This document shows positions 27,971 through 41,310 of a stretch of 64,000 nucleotides of DNA, one piece after another (positions within the stretch are counted from its first letter, which is position 1; the number at the start of each line of letters is the position of its first letter). Source of the DNA: Eledone cirrhosa (lineage: Eukaryota); NCBI GenBank assembly GCA_964016885.1, contig OZ024741.1, positions 9,424,001 to 9,488,000 on the forward strand, in the 5' to 3' direction. Made by a program: the position numbers and the translations under genes. Under the pieces are notes generated by a model. That model was not told where the DNA came from, ran no database searches, and worked only from the letters and a program-made list of their open reading frames with translations.

Positions 27971-30479
27971 ACTAAATGAACCACTGCCTTGAAACTAAAG
28001 GTATCAGAATGTTGAAACTAAAGGTACCACAATGTTGAAACTAAAGGTACCACAATGTTGAAACTAAAGGAACCATAGTGATGTAACTAAAGGTACCATA
28101 GAGTTGAAACTAAAGGTACCACAGTGTTGAAACTAAATGTACCACATTGTTGAAACTAAAGGTATAACAGTTTTTAAACTAAAGATACCACAGTGATGTA
28201 ACACAATGTACCAGAGTGTTGAAACTAAAGGTACCACAGTGTTGAAACTAAAGGTACCACATTGTTGAAACTAAAGGTATCAGAATGTTGTAACTAAAGG
28301 TACCACAGTGTTGAAACTTAAGATACCACAGTGTTGAAACTAAAGGTATCAGAATGTTGTAACTAAAGGTACCACAGTGTTGAAACTAAAAGTATCAGAA
28401 TGTTGTAACTAAAGGTACCACATTGTTGAAACTAAAGGTACCGCAGTGTTGAAAATAAAGGTAGCACAGTGTTGAAACTAAGGGTATCAGAATGTTGTAA
28501 CTAAAGGTACCAGAGCGTTGAAACTAAAGGTACCACAGTGTTGAAACTAAAGGTATCAGAATGTTGTAACTAAAGGTACCAGAGTGTTGAAACTAAAGGT
28601 AACAAAGTGTTGAAACTAAAGGTATCAGAATGTTGTAACTAAAGGTACCATAGTGTTGAAACTAAAGGTACCACAGTGTTGAAACTAAAGGTACCACAGT
28701 GTTGAAACTAAAGGCATCAGAATGTTGTAACTAAAGGTACCACAGTGTTGAAACTAAAGGGACCAGAGTGTTGAAAATAGAGGTAGCACAGTGTTGAAAC
28801 TAAAGGTACCACAGTGTTGAAACTAATGGTAACAGAGTGTTGAAACTAAAGGTACCACAGTGTTGAAACTAAAGGTAACACAGTGTTGTAACTAAAGGTA
28901 CCACAATATTGAAACTAAAGATACCACATTGTTGAAACTAAAGGTACCAAAGTGTTGAAACTAAAGGTACCGCAGTGCTGTACCTAGAGGTACCACAGTA
29001 TTGAAACTAAAGGTACCACAATGTTGTAACTAAATGTACCACATTGTTGAAACTAAAGGTATGAGAATGTTGAAACTAAAGGTAACACAGTGTTGAAACT
29101 AAAGGTACCACAATGGTGTAACTAAAGGTACGACAGTGTTGAAACTAAATGTACCACATTGTTGTAACTAAAGGTACCACAGTGTTGAAACTAATGGTAC
29201 CACAGTGTTGTAACTAGAGGTACCACAGTGTTGAAACTAAAGATACCACAATGTTGAAACTAAAGGTATCAGAATGTTGTAACTAAAGGTACCACAGTGT
29301 TGAAACTTAAGGTACCACAGTGTTGAAACTAAAGGTATCAGAATGTCGTAACTAAAGGTACCACAGTGTTGAAACTAGAAGTATCAGAATGTTGTAACTA
29401 AAGGTACCACATTGTTGAAACTAAAGGTACCGCAGTGTTGAAAATAAAGGTAGCACAGTGTTGAAACTAAGGGTATCAGAATGTTGTAACTAAAGGTACC
29501 ACAGAGTTGAAACTAAAGGTACCACAGTGTTGAAACTAAAAGTATCAGAATGTTGTAACTAAAGGTACCACAGTGTTGAAACTAAAGGTACCACAGTGTT
29601 GAAAATAAAGGTAGCACAGTGTTGAAACTAAAGGTATCAGAATGTTGTAACTAAAGGTACCACAGTGTTGAAACTAAAGGTACCAGAGTGTTGAAACTAA
29701 AGGTACCAAAGTGTTGAAACTAAAGGTATCAGAATGGTGTAACTAAAGGTACCACAGTGTTGAAACTAAAGGTACCACAGTGTTGAAACTAAATGTACCA
29801 CAGTGTTGAAACTAAAGGTATCAGAATGTTGTAACTAAAGGTACCACAGTGTTGAAACTAAAGGACCAGAGTGTTGAAAATAGAGGTAGCACAATGTTGA
29901 AACTAAAGGTACCACAGTGTTGAAACTAATGGTAACAGAGTGTTGAAACTAAAGGTACCACAGTGTTGAAACTAAAGGTAACACAGTGTTGTAACTAAAG
30001 GTACCACAATGTTGAAACTAAAGATACCACATTGTTGAAACTAAAGGTACCAAAGTGTTGAAACTAAAGGTACCGCAGTGCTGTACCTAGAGGTACCACA
30101 GTATTGAAACTAAAGGTATCACAATGTTGTAACTAAATGTACCACAGTGTTGAAACTAAAGGTATGAGAATGTTGAAACTAAAGGTAACACAGTGTTGAA
30201 ACTAAAGGTACCACAATGGTGTAACTAAAGGTACGACAGTGTTGAAACTAAATGTACCACATTGTTGTAACTAAAGGTACCACAGTGTTGAAACTAAAGG
30301 TACCACAGTGTTGTAACTAGAGGTACCACAGTGTTGAAACTAAAGATACCACAATGTTGTAACTAAAAGTACCACAGTGTTGAAACTAAAGTTATCACAG
30401 TGTTGAAACTAAATTTACCACAGTGATCTAACTAAAGGTACCACAGTGTTGAAACTAAGGGTACCACAGTGTTGAAACT

Positions 30480-32370
30480 AAACGTACCACAGTGTTGAAA
30501 CTAAAGGTACCACAGTGCTGTAACTAAATGTACCACAATGTTGAAACTAATGCTACCACAATGTTGTAACTAAAGGTACCACAGTGTTGAAACTAAAGGT
30601 ATCAGAATGTTGAAACAAAAGGTGCCACAGTATTGTAACTAGAGGAACCACAGTGTTGAAACTAAAGATACTACAATGTTGTAACTAAATGTACCACAGT
30701 GTTGAAACTAAAGGTATCACAGTGTTGTAACTAAAGGTACCACAGTGATCTAATTAAAGGTTCCACAATGTTGAAACAAAGGGTACCACAGTGTTGAAAC
30801 TAAAGGTACCACACTGTTGAAACTAAACGTAACACAGTGTTGAAATTAAAGGTACGGCAGTGTTGTAACTAGAGGTACCACAGTATTGAAACTAAAGATA
30901 CCACAATGTTGTAACTAAATGTACTACAGTGTTGAAACTAAAGGTATCAGAATGTTGAAACTAAAGGTACCACAGTGTTGAAACTAAAGATACCACAATG
31001 TTGTAACTAAATGTACCACAGTTTTGAAACTAAAGGTATCAGAATGTTGAAGCTAAAGGTACCACAGTGTTGGTTGAAAATAAAGGTACCACCATATTGT
31101 AACTAAAGGTATCACAGTGTTGAAACTAAAGGTACCACAGTGTTGTAACTAAATGTGCCACAGTGCTGAAACTAAAGGTAGCACAGTGTTGAAATTTAAG
31201 GTACCACAGTGTTGAGACTAAATGTGCCACAGTGTTGAAACTAAAGATATCAGAGTGTTGAAACTAAAGGTATAACAGTTTTCAAACTAAAGGTACCACA
31301 GTGTTGAAACTAAAGGTACCACAGTGATGTAACTAAATGTACCAGAGCGTTGAAACTAAAGATACCACAGTGTTGTTACTAGAGGAACCAAAGTGTTGAA
31401 ACTAAAGATACAAACAATGTTGTAACTAAAGGTACCACAGTGTTGAAACTAAAGGTACCACAGTGCTGTAACTAAATGTACCACAATGTTGAAACTAATG
31501 ATACCACAATGTTGTAACTAAAGGTACCACAGTGTTGAAACTAAAGGTATCAGAATGTTGAAACAAAAGGTGCCACAGTATTGTAACTAGAGGAACCACA
31601 GTGTTGAAACTAAAGATACTACAATGTTGTAACTAAATGTACCACAGTGTTGAAACTAAAGGTATCACAGTGTTGTAACTAAAGGTACCACAGTGATCTA
31701 ATTAAAGGTTCCACAATGTTGAAACAAAGGGTACCACAGTGTTGAAACTAAAGGTACCACACTGTTGAAACTAAACGTAACACAGTGTTGAAATTAAAGG
31801 TACCGCAGTGTTGTAACTAGAGGTACCACAGTATTGAAACTAAAGATACCACAATGTTGTAACTAAATGTACTACAGTGTTGAAACTAAAGGTATCAGAA
31901 TGTTGAAACTAAAGGTACCACAGTGTTGAAACTAAAGATACCACAATGTTGTAACTAAATGTACCACAGTTTTGAAACTAAAGGTATCAGAATGTTGAAG
32001 CTAAAGGTACCACAGTGTTGGTTGAAAATAAAGGTACCACAATATTGTAACTAAAGGTACCACAGTGTTGAAACTAAAGGTACCACAGTGTTGTAACTAA
32101 ATGTGCCACAGTGCTGAAACTAAAGGTAGCACAGTGTTGAAATTTAAGGTACCACAGTGTTGAGACTAAATGTGCCACAGTGTTGAAACTAAAGATATCA
32201 GAGTGTTGAAACTAAAGGTATAACAGTTTTCAAACTAAAGGTACCACAGTGTTGAAACTAAAGGTACCACAGTGATGTAACTAAATGTACCAGAGCGTTG
32301 AAACTAAAGATACCACAGTGTTGTTACTAGAGGAACCAAAGTGTTGAAACTAAAGATACAAACAATGTTG
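30480..32370. repeat. 948-bp tandem duplication nested in the second 4.4-kb copy
   Basis: GATACAAAC at 31407 and 32355; +4 insertion at 31071 and 32019. Confidence 0.88.
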
Positions 32371-35300
32371 TAACTAAATGAACCACTGCCTTGAAACTAA
32401 AGGTATCAGAATGTTGAAACTAAAGGTACCACAATGTTGAAACTAAAGGTACCACAATGTTGAAACTAAAGGAACCATAGTGATGTAACTAAAGGTACCA
32501 TAGAGTTGAAACTAAAGGTACCACAGTGTTGAAACTAAAGGTACCACATTGTTGAAACTAAATGTATAACAGTTTTTAAACTAAAGATACCACAGTGATG
32601 TAACTCAATGTACCAGAGTGTTGAAACTAAAGGTACCACAGTGTTGAAACTAAAGGTACCACATTGTTGAAACTAAAGGTATCAGAATGTTGTAAGTAAA
32701 GGTACCACAGTGTTGAAACTAAAGGTACCACAGTGTTGAAACTAAAGGTATCAGAATGTTGTAACTAAAGGAACCACAGTGTTGGTTGAAAATAAAGGTA
32801 CCACAATATTGTAACTAAAGGTACCACTGTGTTGAAACTAAAGGTACCACAGTGTTGTAACTAAATGTGCCACAGTGCTGAAACTAAGGGTAGCACAGTG
32901 TTGAAATTTAAGGTACCACAGTGTTGAAACTAAATGTGCCACAGTGTTGAAACTAAAGATATCAGAGTGTTGAAACTAAAGGTATAACACTTTTGAAACT
33001 AAAGGTACCACAGTGTTGAAACTAAAGGTACCACAGTGATGTAACTAAATGTACCAGAGCGTTGAAACTAAAGATACCACAATGTTGTAACTAAATGAAC
33101 CACAGCCTTGAAACTAAAGGTATCAGAATGTTGAAACTAAAGGTACCTCAGTGTTAAAACTAAAGGAACCATAGTGCTGTAACTAAAGGTACCATAGAGT
33201 TGAAACTAAAGGCACCACAGTGTTGAAACTAAAGGCACCACATTGTTGAAACTAAAGGTATAACAGTTTTTAAACTAAAGAAACCACAGTGATGTAACTC
33301 AATGTACCAGAGTGTTGAAACTAAAGGTAACACAGCGTTGAAACTAAAGGTACCACATTGTTGAAACTAAAGGTATCAGAATGTTGTAACTAAAGGTACC
33401 ACAGTGTTGAAACTAAAGGTACCACAGTGTTGAAACTAAAGGTACCACAGTGTTGAAAATAAAGGTAGTACAGTGTTGAAAATAAAGGTATCAGAATGTT
33501 GTAACTAAATGTACCAGAGTGTTGGAACTAAAGGTACCAGAGTGTTGAAACTAAAGGTACCAAGTTGTTGAAACTAAAGTATCAGAATGTTGTAACTAAA
33601 GGTACCACAGTGTTGAAACTAAAGGTACCACAGTGTTGAAACTAAAGGTATCAGAATGTTGTAACTAAAGGTACCACAGTGTTGAAACTAAAAGTATCAG
33701 AATGTTGTAAATAAAGGTACCACAGTGTTGAAACTAAAGGTACCACAGTGTTGAAAATAAAGGTACCACAGTGTTGAAACTAAAGGTACCAGAGTGTTGA
33801 AACTAAAGGTACCACAGTGCTGAAACAAAAGGTATCAGAATGGTGTAACTAAAGGTATCACAGTGTTGAAACTAAAGGTACCACAGTGTTGAAACTAAAG
33901 GTATCAGAATGTTGTAACTAAAGATACCACAGTGTTGAAACTACAGGGACCACAGTGTTGAAAATAGAGGTAGCACAGTGTTGAAACTAAAGGTACCACA
34001 GTGTTGAAACTAATGGTAACAGAGTGTTGAAACTAAAGGTACCACAGTGTTGGAACTAAAGGTAACACAATGTTGAAACTAAAGATACCACATTGTTGTA
34101 AGTAATGGTATCACAGTGTTGAAACTAAAGGTACCACAATGGTGTAACTAAAGGTACGACAGTGTTGAAACTAAATGTACCACATTGTTGTAACTAAAGG
34201 TACCACAGTGTTGAAACTAAAGGTACCACAGTGTTGTAACTAGAGGTACGACAGTGTTGAAAGTAAGATACCACAATGTTGTAACTAAATGTACCACAGT
34301 GTTGAAACTAAAGGTACCACAGTGATGTAACTAAATGTACCAGAGCGTTGAAACTAAAGATACCACAGTGTTGTTACTAGAGGAACCAAAGTGTTGAAAC
34401 TAAAGATACAAACAATGTTGTAACTAAATGAACCACTGCCTTGAAACTAAAGGTATCAGAATGTTGAAACTAAAGGTACCACAATGTTGAAACTAAAGGT
34501 ACCACAATGTTGAAACTAAAGGAACCATAGTGATGTAACTAAAGGTACCATAGAGTTGAAACTAAAGGTACCACAGTGTTGAAACTAAAGGTACCACATT
34601 GTTGAAACTAAATGTATAACAGTTTTTAAACTAAAGATACCACAGTGATGTAACTCAATGTACCAGAGTGTTGAAACTAAAGGTACCACAGTGTTGAAAC
34701 TAAAGGTACCACATTGTTGAAACTAAAGGTATCAGAATGTTGTAAGTAAAGGTACCACAGTGTTGAAACTAAAGGTACCACAGTGTTGAAAGTAAAGGTA
34801 TCAGAATGTTGTAACTAAAGGAACCACAGTGTTGGTTGAAAATAAAGGTACCACAATATTGTAACTAAAGGTACCACTGTGTTGAAACTAAAGGTACCAC
34901 AGTGTTGTAACTAAATGTGCCACAGTGCTGAAACTAAAGGTAGCACAGTGTTGAAATTTAAGGTACCACAGTGTTGAAACTAAATGTGCCACAGTGTTGA
35001 AACTAAAGATATCAGAGTGTTGAAACTAAAGGTATAACACTTTTGAAACTAAAGGTACCACAGTGTTGAAACTAAAGGTACCACAGTGATGTAACTAAAT
35101 GTACCAGAGCGTTGAAACTAAAGATACCACAATGTTGTAACTAAATGAACCACAGCCTTGAAACTAAAGGTATCAGAATGTTGAAACTAAAGGTACCTCA
35201 GTGTTAAAACTAAAGGAACCATAGTGCTGTAACTAAAGGTACCATAGAGTTAAAACTAAAGGCACCACAGTGTTGAAACTAAAGGCACCACATTGTTGAA

Positions 35301-36340
35301 ACTAAAGGTATAACAGTTTTTAAACTAAAGAAACCACAGTGATGTAACTCAATGTACCAGAGTGTTGAAACTAAAGGTACCACAGCGTTGAAACTAAAGG
35401 TACCACATTGTTGAAACTAAAGGTATCAGAATGTTGTAACTAAAGGTACCACAGTGTTGAAACTAAAGGTACCACAGTGTTGAAACTAAAGGTACCACAG
35501 TGTTGAAAATAAAGGTAGTACAGTGTTGAAAATAAAGGTATCAGAATGTTGTAACTAAATGTACCAGAGTGTTGGAACTAAAGGTACCAGAGTGTTGAAA
35601 CTAAAGGTACCAAGTTGTTGAAACTAAAGTATCAGAATGTTGTAACTAAAGGTACCACAGTGTTGAAACTAAAGGTACCACAGTGTTGAAACTAAAGGTA
35701 TCAGAATGTTGTAACTAAAGGTACCACAGTGTTGAAACTAAAAGTATCAGAATGTTGTAAATAAAGGTACCACAGTGTTGAAACTAAAGGTACCACAGTG
35801 TTGAAAATAAAGGTACCACAGTGTTGAAACTAAAGGTACCAGAGTGTTGAAACTAAAGGTACCACAGTGCTGAAACAAAAGGTATCAGAATGGTGTAACT
35901 AAAGGTATCACAGTGTTGAAACTAAAGGTACCACAGTGTTGAAACTAAAGGTATCAGAATGTTGTAACTAAAGATACCACAGTGTTGAAACTAAAGGGAC
36001 CACAGTGTTGAAAATAGAGGTAGCACAGTGTTGAAACTAAAGGTACCACAGTGTTGAAACTAATGGTAACAGAGTGTTGAAACTAAAGGTACCACAGTGT
36101 TGGAACTAAAGGTAACACAATGTTGAAACTAAAGATACCACATTGTTGTAAGTAATGGTACCACAGTGTTGAAACTAAAGGTACCACAATGGTGTAACTA
36201 AAGGTACGACAGTGTTGAAACTAAATGTACCACATTGTTGTAACTAAAGGTACCACAGTGTTGAAACTAAAGGTACCACAGTGTTGTAACTAGAGGTACG
36301 ACAGTGTTGAAAGTAAGATACCACAATGTTGTAACTAAAT
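32240..36340. repeat. 2,050-bp (89-monomer) tandem duplication
   Basis: GATACAAAC at 32355/34405, CAAGTTGTTG at 33561/35611, AAGTAAGATA at 34261/36311. Confidence 0.9.
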
Positions 36341-37229
36341 GTACTACAGTGTTGAAACTAAAGGTATCAGAATGTTGAAACTAAAGGTACCACAGTGTTG
36401 AAACTAAAGATACCACAATGTTGTAACTAAATGTACCACAGTTTTGAAACTAAAGGTATCAGAATGTTGAAGCTAAAGGTACCACAGTGTTGGTTGAAAA
36501 TAAAGGTACCACAATATTGTAACTAAAGGTACCACAGTGTTGAAACTAAAGGTACCACAGTGTTGTAACTAAATGTGCCACAGTGCTGAAACTAAAGGTA
36601 GCACAGTGTTGAAATTTAAGGTACCACAGTGTTGAGACTAAATGTGCCACAGTGTTGAAACTAAAGATATCAGAGTGTTGAAACTAAAGGTATAACAGTT
36701 TTCAAACTAAAGGTACCACAGTGTTGAAACTAAAGGTACCACAGTGATGTAACTAAATGTACCAGAGCGTTGAAACTAAAGGTACCACAGTGTTGTTACT
36801 AGAGGAACCAAAGTGTTGAAACTAAAGATACAAACAATGTTGTAACTAAATGAACCACTGCCTTGAAACTAAAGGTATCAGAATGTTGAAACTAAAGGTA
36901 CCACAATGTTGAAACTAAAGGTACCACAATGTTGAAACTAAAGGAACCATAGTGATGTAACTAAAGGTACCATAGAGTTGAAACTAAAGGTACCACAGTG
37001 TTGAAACTAAAGGTACCACATTGTTGAAACTAAATGTATAACAGTTTTTAAACTAAAGATACCACAGTGATGTAACTCAATGTACCAGAGTGTTGAAACT
37101 AAAGGTACCACAGTGTTGAAACTAAAGGTACCACATTGTTGAAACTAAAGGTATCAGAATGTTGTAACTAAAGGAACCACAGTGTTGGTTGAAAATAAAG
37201 GTACCACAATATTGTAACTAAAGGTACCA

Positions 37230-40200
37230 CAGTGTTGAAACTAAAGGTACCACAGTGTTGTAACTAAATGTGCCACAGTGCTGAAACTAAAGGTAGCACA
37301 GTGTTGAAATTTAAGGTACCACAGTGTTGAAACTAAATGTGCCACAGTGTTGAAACTAAAGATATCAGAGTGTTGAAACTAAAGGTATAACACTTTTGAA
37401 ACATAAAGGTACCACAGTGTTGAAACTAAAGGTACCACAGTGATGTAACTAAATGTACCAGAGCGTTGAAACTAAAGATACCACAATGTTGTAACTAAAT
37501 GAACCACAGCCTTGAAACTAAAGGTATCAGAATGTTGAAACTAAAGGTACCTCAGTGTTGAAACTAAAGGAACCATAGTGCTGTAACTAAAGGTACCATA
37601 GAGTTGAAACTAAAGGTACCACATTGTTGAAACTAAAGGTATAACAGTTTTTAAACTAAAGAAACCACAGTGATGTAACTCAATGTACCAGAGTGTTGAA
37701 ACTAAAGGTACCACAGCGTTGAAACTAAAGGTACCACATTGTTGAAACTAAAGGTATCAGAATGTTGTAACTAAAGGTACCACAGTGTTGAAACTAAAGG
37801 TACCACAGTGTTGAAACTAAAGGTATCAGAATGTTGTAACTAAAGGTACCACAGTGTTGAAACTAAAGGTATCACAGTGTTGAAAATAAAGGTAGTACAG
37901 TGTTGAAAATAAAGGTATCAGAATGTTGTAACTAAATGTACCAGAGTGTTGGAACTAAAGGTACCAGAGTGTTGAAACTAAAGGTACCAAGTTGTTGAAA
38001 CTAAAGTATCAGAATGTTGTAACTAAAGGTACCACAGTGTTGAAACTAAAGGTACCACAGTGTTGAAACTAAAGGTATCAGAATGTTGTAACTAAAGGTA
38101 CCACAGTGTTGAAACTAAAAGTATCAGAATGTTGTAAATAAAGGTACCACAGTGTTGAAACTAAAGGTACCACAGTGTTGAAAATAAAGGTACCACAGTG
38201 TTGAAACTAAAGGTACCAGAGTGTTGAAACTAAAGGTACCACGGTGTTGAAACAAAAGGTATCAGAATGGTGTAACTAAAGGTATCACAGTGTTGAAACT
38301 AAAGGTACCACAGTGTTGTAACTAAATGTGCCACAGTGCTGAAACTAAAGGTAGCACAGTGTTGAAATTTAAGGTACCACAATGTTGAAACTAAATGTGC
38401 CACAGTGTTGAAACTAAAGATATCAGAGTGTTGAAACTAAAGGTATAACACTTTTGAAACTAAAGGTACCACAGTGTTGAAACTAAAGGTACCACAGTGA
38501 TGTAACTAAATGTACCAGAGCGTTGAAACTAAAGATACCACAATGTTGTAACTAAATGAACCACAGCCTTGAAACTAAAGGTATCAGAATGTTGAAACTA
38601 AAGGTACCTCAGTGTTGAAACTAAAGGAACCATAGTGCTGTAACTAAAGGTACCATAGAGTTGAAACTAAAGGTACCACAGTGTTGAAACTAAAGGCACC
38701 ACATTGTTGAAACTAAAGGTATAACAGTTTTTAAACTAAAGAAACCACAGTGATGTAACTCAATGTACCAGAGTGTTGAAACTAAAGGTACCACAGCGTT
38801 GAAACTAAAGGTACCACATTGTTGAAACTAAAGGTATCAGAATGTTGTAACTAAAGGTACCACAGTGTTGAAACTAAAGGTACCACAGTGTTGAAACTAA
38901 AGGTATCAGAATGTTGTAACTAAAGGTACCACAGTGTTGAAACTAAAGGTACCACAGTGTTGAAAATAAAGGTAGTACAGTGTTGAAAATAAAGGTATCA
39001 GAATGTTGTAACTAAATGTACCAGAGTGTTGGAACTAAAGGTACCAGAGTGTTGAAACTAAAGGTACCAAGTTGTTGAAACTAAAGTATCAGAATGTTGT
39101 AACTAAAGGTACCACAGTGTTGAAACTAAAGGTGCCACAGTGTTGAAACTAAAGGTATCAGAATGTTGTAACTAAAGGTACCACAGTGTTGAAACTAAAA
39201 GTATCAGAATGTTGTAAATAAAGGTACCACAGTGTTGAAACTAAAGGTACCACAGTGTTGAAAATAAAGGTACCACAGTGTTGAAACTAAAGGTACCAGA
39301 GTGTTGAAACTAAAGGTACCACGGTGTTGAAACAAAAGGTATCAGAATGGTGTAACTAAAGGTATCACAGTGTTGAAACTAAAGGTACCACAGTGTTGAA
39401 ACTAAAGGTATCAGAATGTTGTAACTAAAGATACCACAGTGTTGAAACTAAAGGGACCACAGTGTTGAAAATAGACGTAGCACAGTGTTGAAACTAAAGG
39501 TACCACAGTGTTGAAACTAATGGTAACAGAGTGTTGAAACTAAAGGTACCACAGTGTTGAAACTAAACGTACCACAGTGTTGAAACTAAAGGTACCACAG
39601 TGCTGTAACTAAATGTACCACAATGTTGAAACTAAAGATACCACAATGTTGTAACTAAATGTACCACAGTGTTGAAACTAAAGGTATCAGAATGTTGAAA
39701 CTAAAGGTGCCACAGTATTGTAACTAGGGGAACCACAGTGTTGAAACTAAAGATACTACAATGTTGTAACTTAAAGTACCACAGTGTTGAAACTAAAGGT
39801 ATTACAGTGTTGAAACTAAAGGTACCACAGTGTTGAAACTAAAGGCACCACATTGTTGAAACTAAAGGTATAACAGTTTTTAAACTAAAGAAACCACAGT
39901 GATGTAACTCAATGTACCAGAGTGTTGAAACTAAAGGTACCACAGCGTTGAAACTAAAGGTACCACATTGTTGAAACTAAAGGTATCAGAATGTTGTAAC
40001 TAAAGGTACCACAGTGTTGAAACTAAAGGTACCACAGTGTTGAAACTAAAGGTATCAGAATGTTGTAACTAAAGGTACCACAGTGTTGAAACTAAAGGTA
40101 CCACAGTGTTGAAAATAAAGGTAGTACAGTGTTGAAAATAAAGGTATCAGAATGTTGTAACTAAATGTACCAGAGTGTTGGAACTAAAGGTACCAGAGTG

Positions 40201-41310
40201 TTGAAACTAAAGGTACCAAGTTGTTGAAACTAAAGTATCAGAATGTTGTAACTAAAGGTACCACAGTGTTGAAACTAAAGGTACCACAGTGTTGAAACTA
40301 AAGGTATCAGAATGTTGTAACTAAAGGTACCACAGTGTTGAAACTAAAAGTATCAGAATGTTGTAAATAAAGGTACCACAGTGTTGAAACTAAAGGTACC
40401 ACAGTGTTGAAAATAAAGGTACCACAGTGTTGAAACTAAAGGTACCAGAGTGTTGAAACTAAAGGTACCACGGTGTTGAAACAAAAGGTATCAGAATGGT
40501 GTAACTAAAGGTATCACAGTGTTGAAACTAAAGGTACCACAGTGTTGAAACTAAAGGTATCAGAATGTTGTAACTAAAGATACCACAGTGTTGAAACTAA
40601 AGGGACCACAGTGTTGAAAATAGACGTAGCACAGTGTTGAAACTAAAGGTACCACAGTGTTGAAACTAATGGTAACAGAGTGTTGAAACTAAAGGTACCA
40701 CAGTGTTGGAACTAAAGGTAACACAATGTTGAAACTAAAGATACCACATTGTTGTAAGTAAAGGTACCACAGTGTTGAAACTAAAGGTACCACAATGGTG
40801 TAACTAAAGGTACGACAGTGTTGAAACTAAATGTACCACATTGTTGTAACTAAACGTACCACAGTGTTGAAACTAAAGGTACCACAGTGTTGTAACTAGA
40901 GGTAACACAGTGTTGAAAGTAAGATACCACAATGTTGTAACTAAAAGTACCACAGTGTTGAAACTAAAGGTACCACAGTGATCTAACTAAAGGTACCACA
41001 GTGTTGAAACTAAGGGTACCACAGTGTTGAAACTAAAGGTACCACAGTGTTGAAACTAAACGTACCACAGTGTTGAAACTAAAGGTACCACAGTGCTGTA
41101 ACTAAATGTACCACAATGTTGAAACTAAAGATACCACAATGTTGTAACTAAATGTACCACAGTGTTGAAACTAAAGGTATCAGAATGTTGAAACTAAAGG
41201 TGCCACAGTATTGTAACTAGGGGAACCACAGTGTTGAAACTAAAGATACTACAATGTTGTAACTTAAAGTACCACAGTGTTGAAACTAAAGGTATTACAG
41301 TGTTGTAACT
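37230..41310. repeat. Overlapping ~1.1-1.5 kb duplications (periods 1080, 1149 and 1493 bp)
   Basis: CAAGTTGTTGAAACTAAAGTATC at 37988, 39068 and 40217; TAACTAGGGGAACC at 39721 and 41214. Confidence 0.82.

Larger units (their letters stand above)
23750..32550. repeat. 4,402-bp (191-monomer) tandem duplication, two copies
   Basis: Markers are offset by 4402: CTAATGCTACC (26151/30553), GATACAAAC (27005/31407 and 27953/32355), ACAATGTACC (23801/28203). Rare variants TACGGCAG, CACCATATT and CTAGAAGT are shared. Confidence 0.92.
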
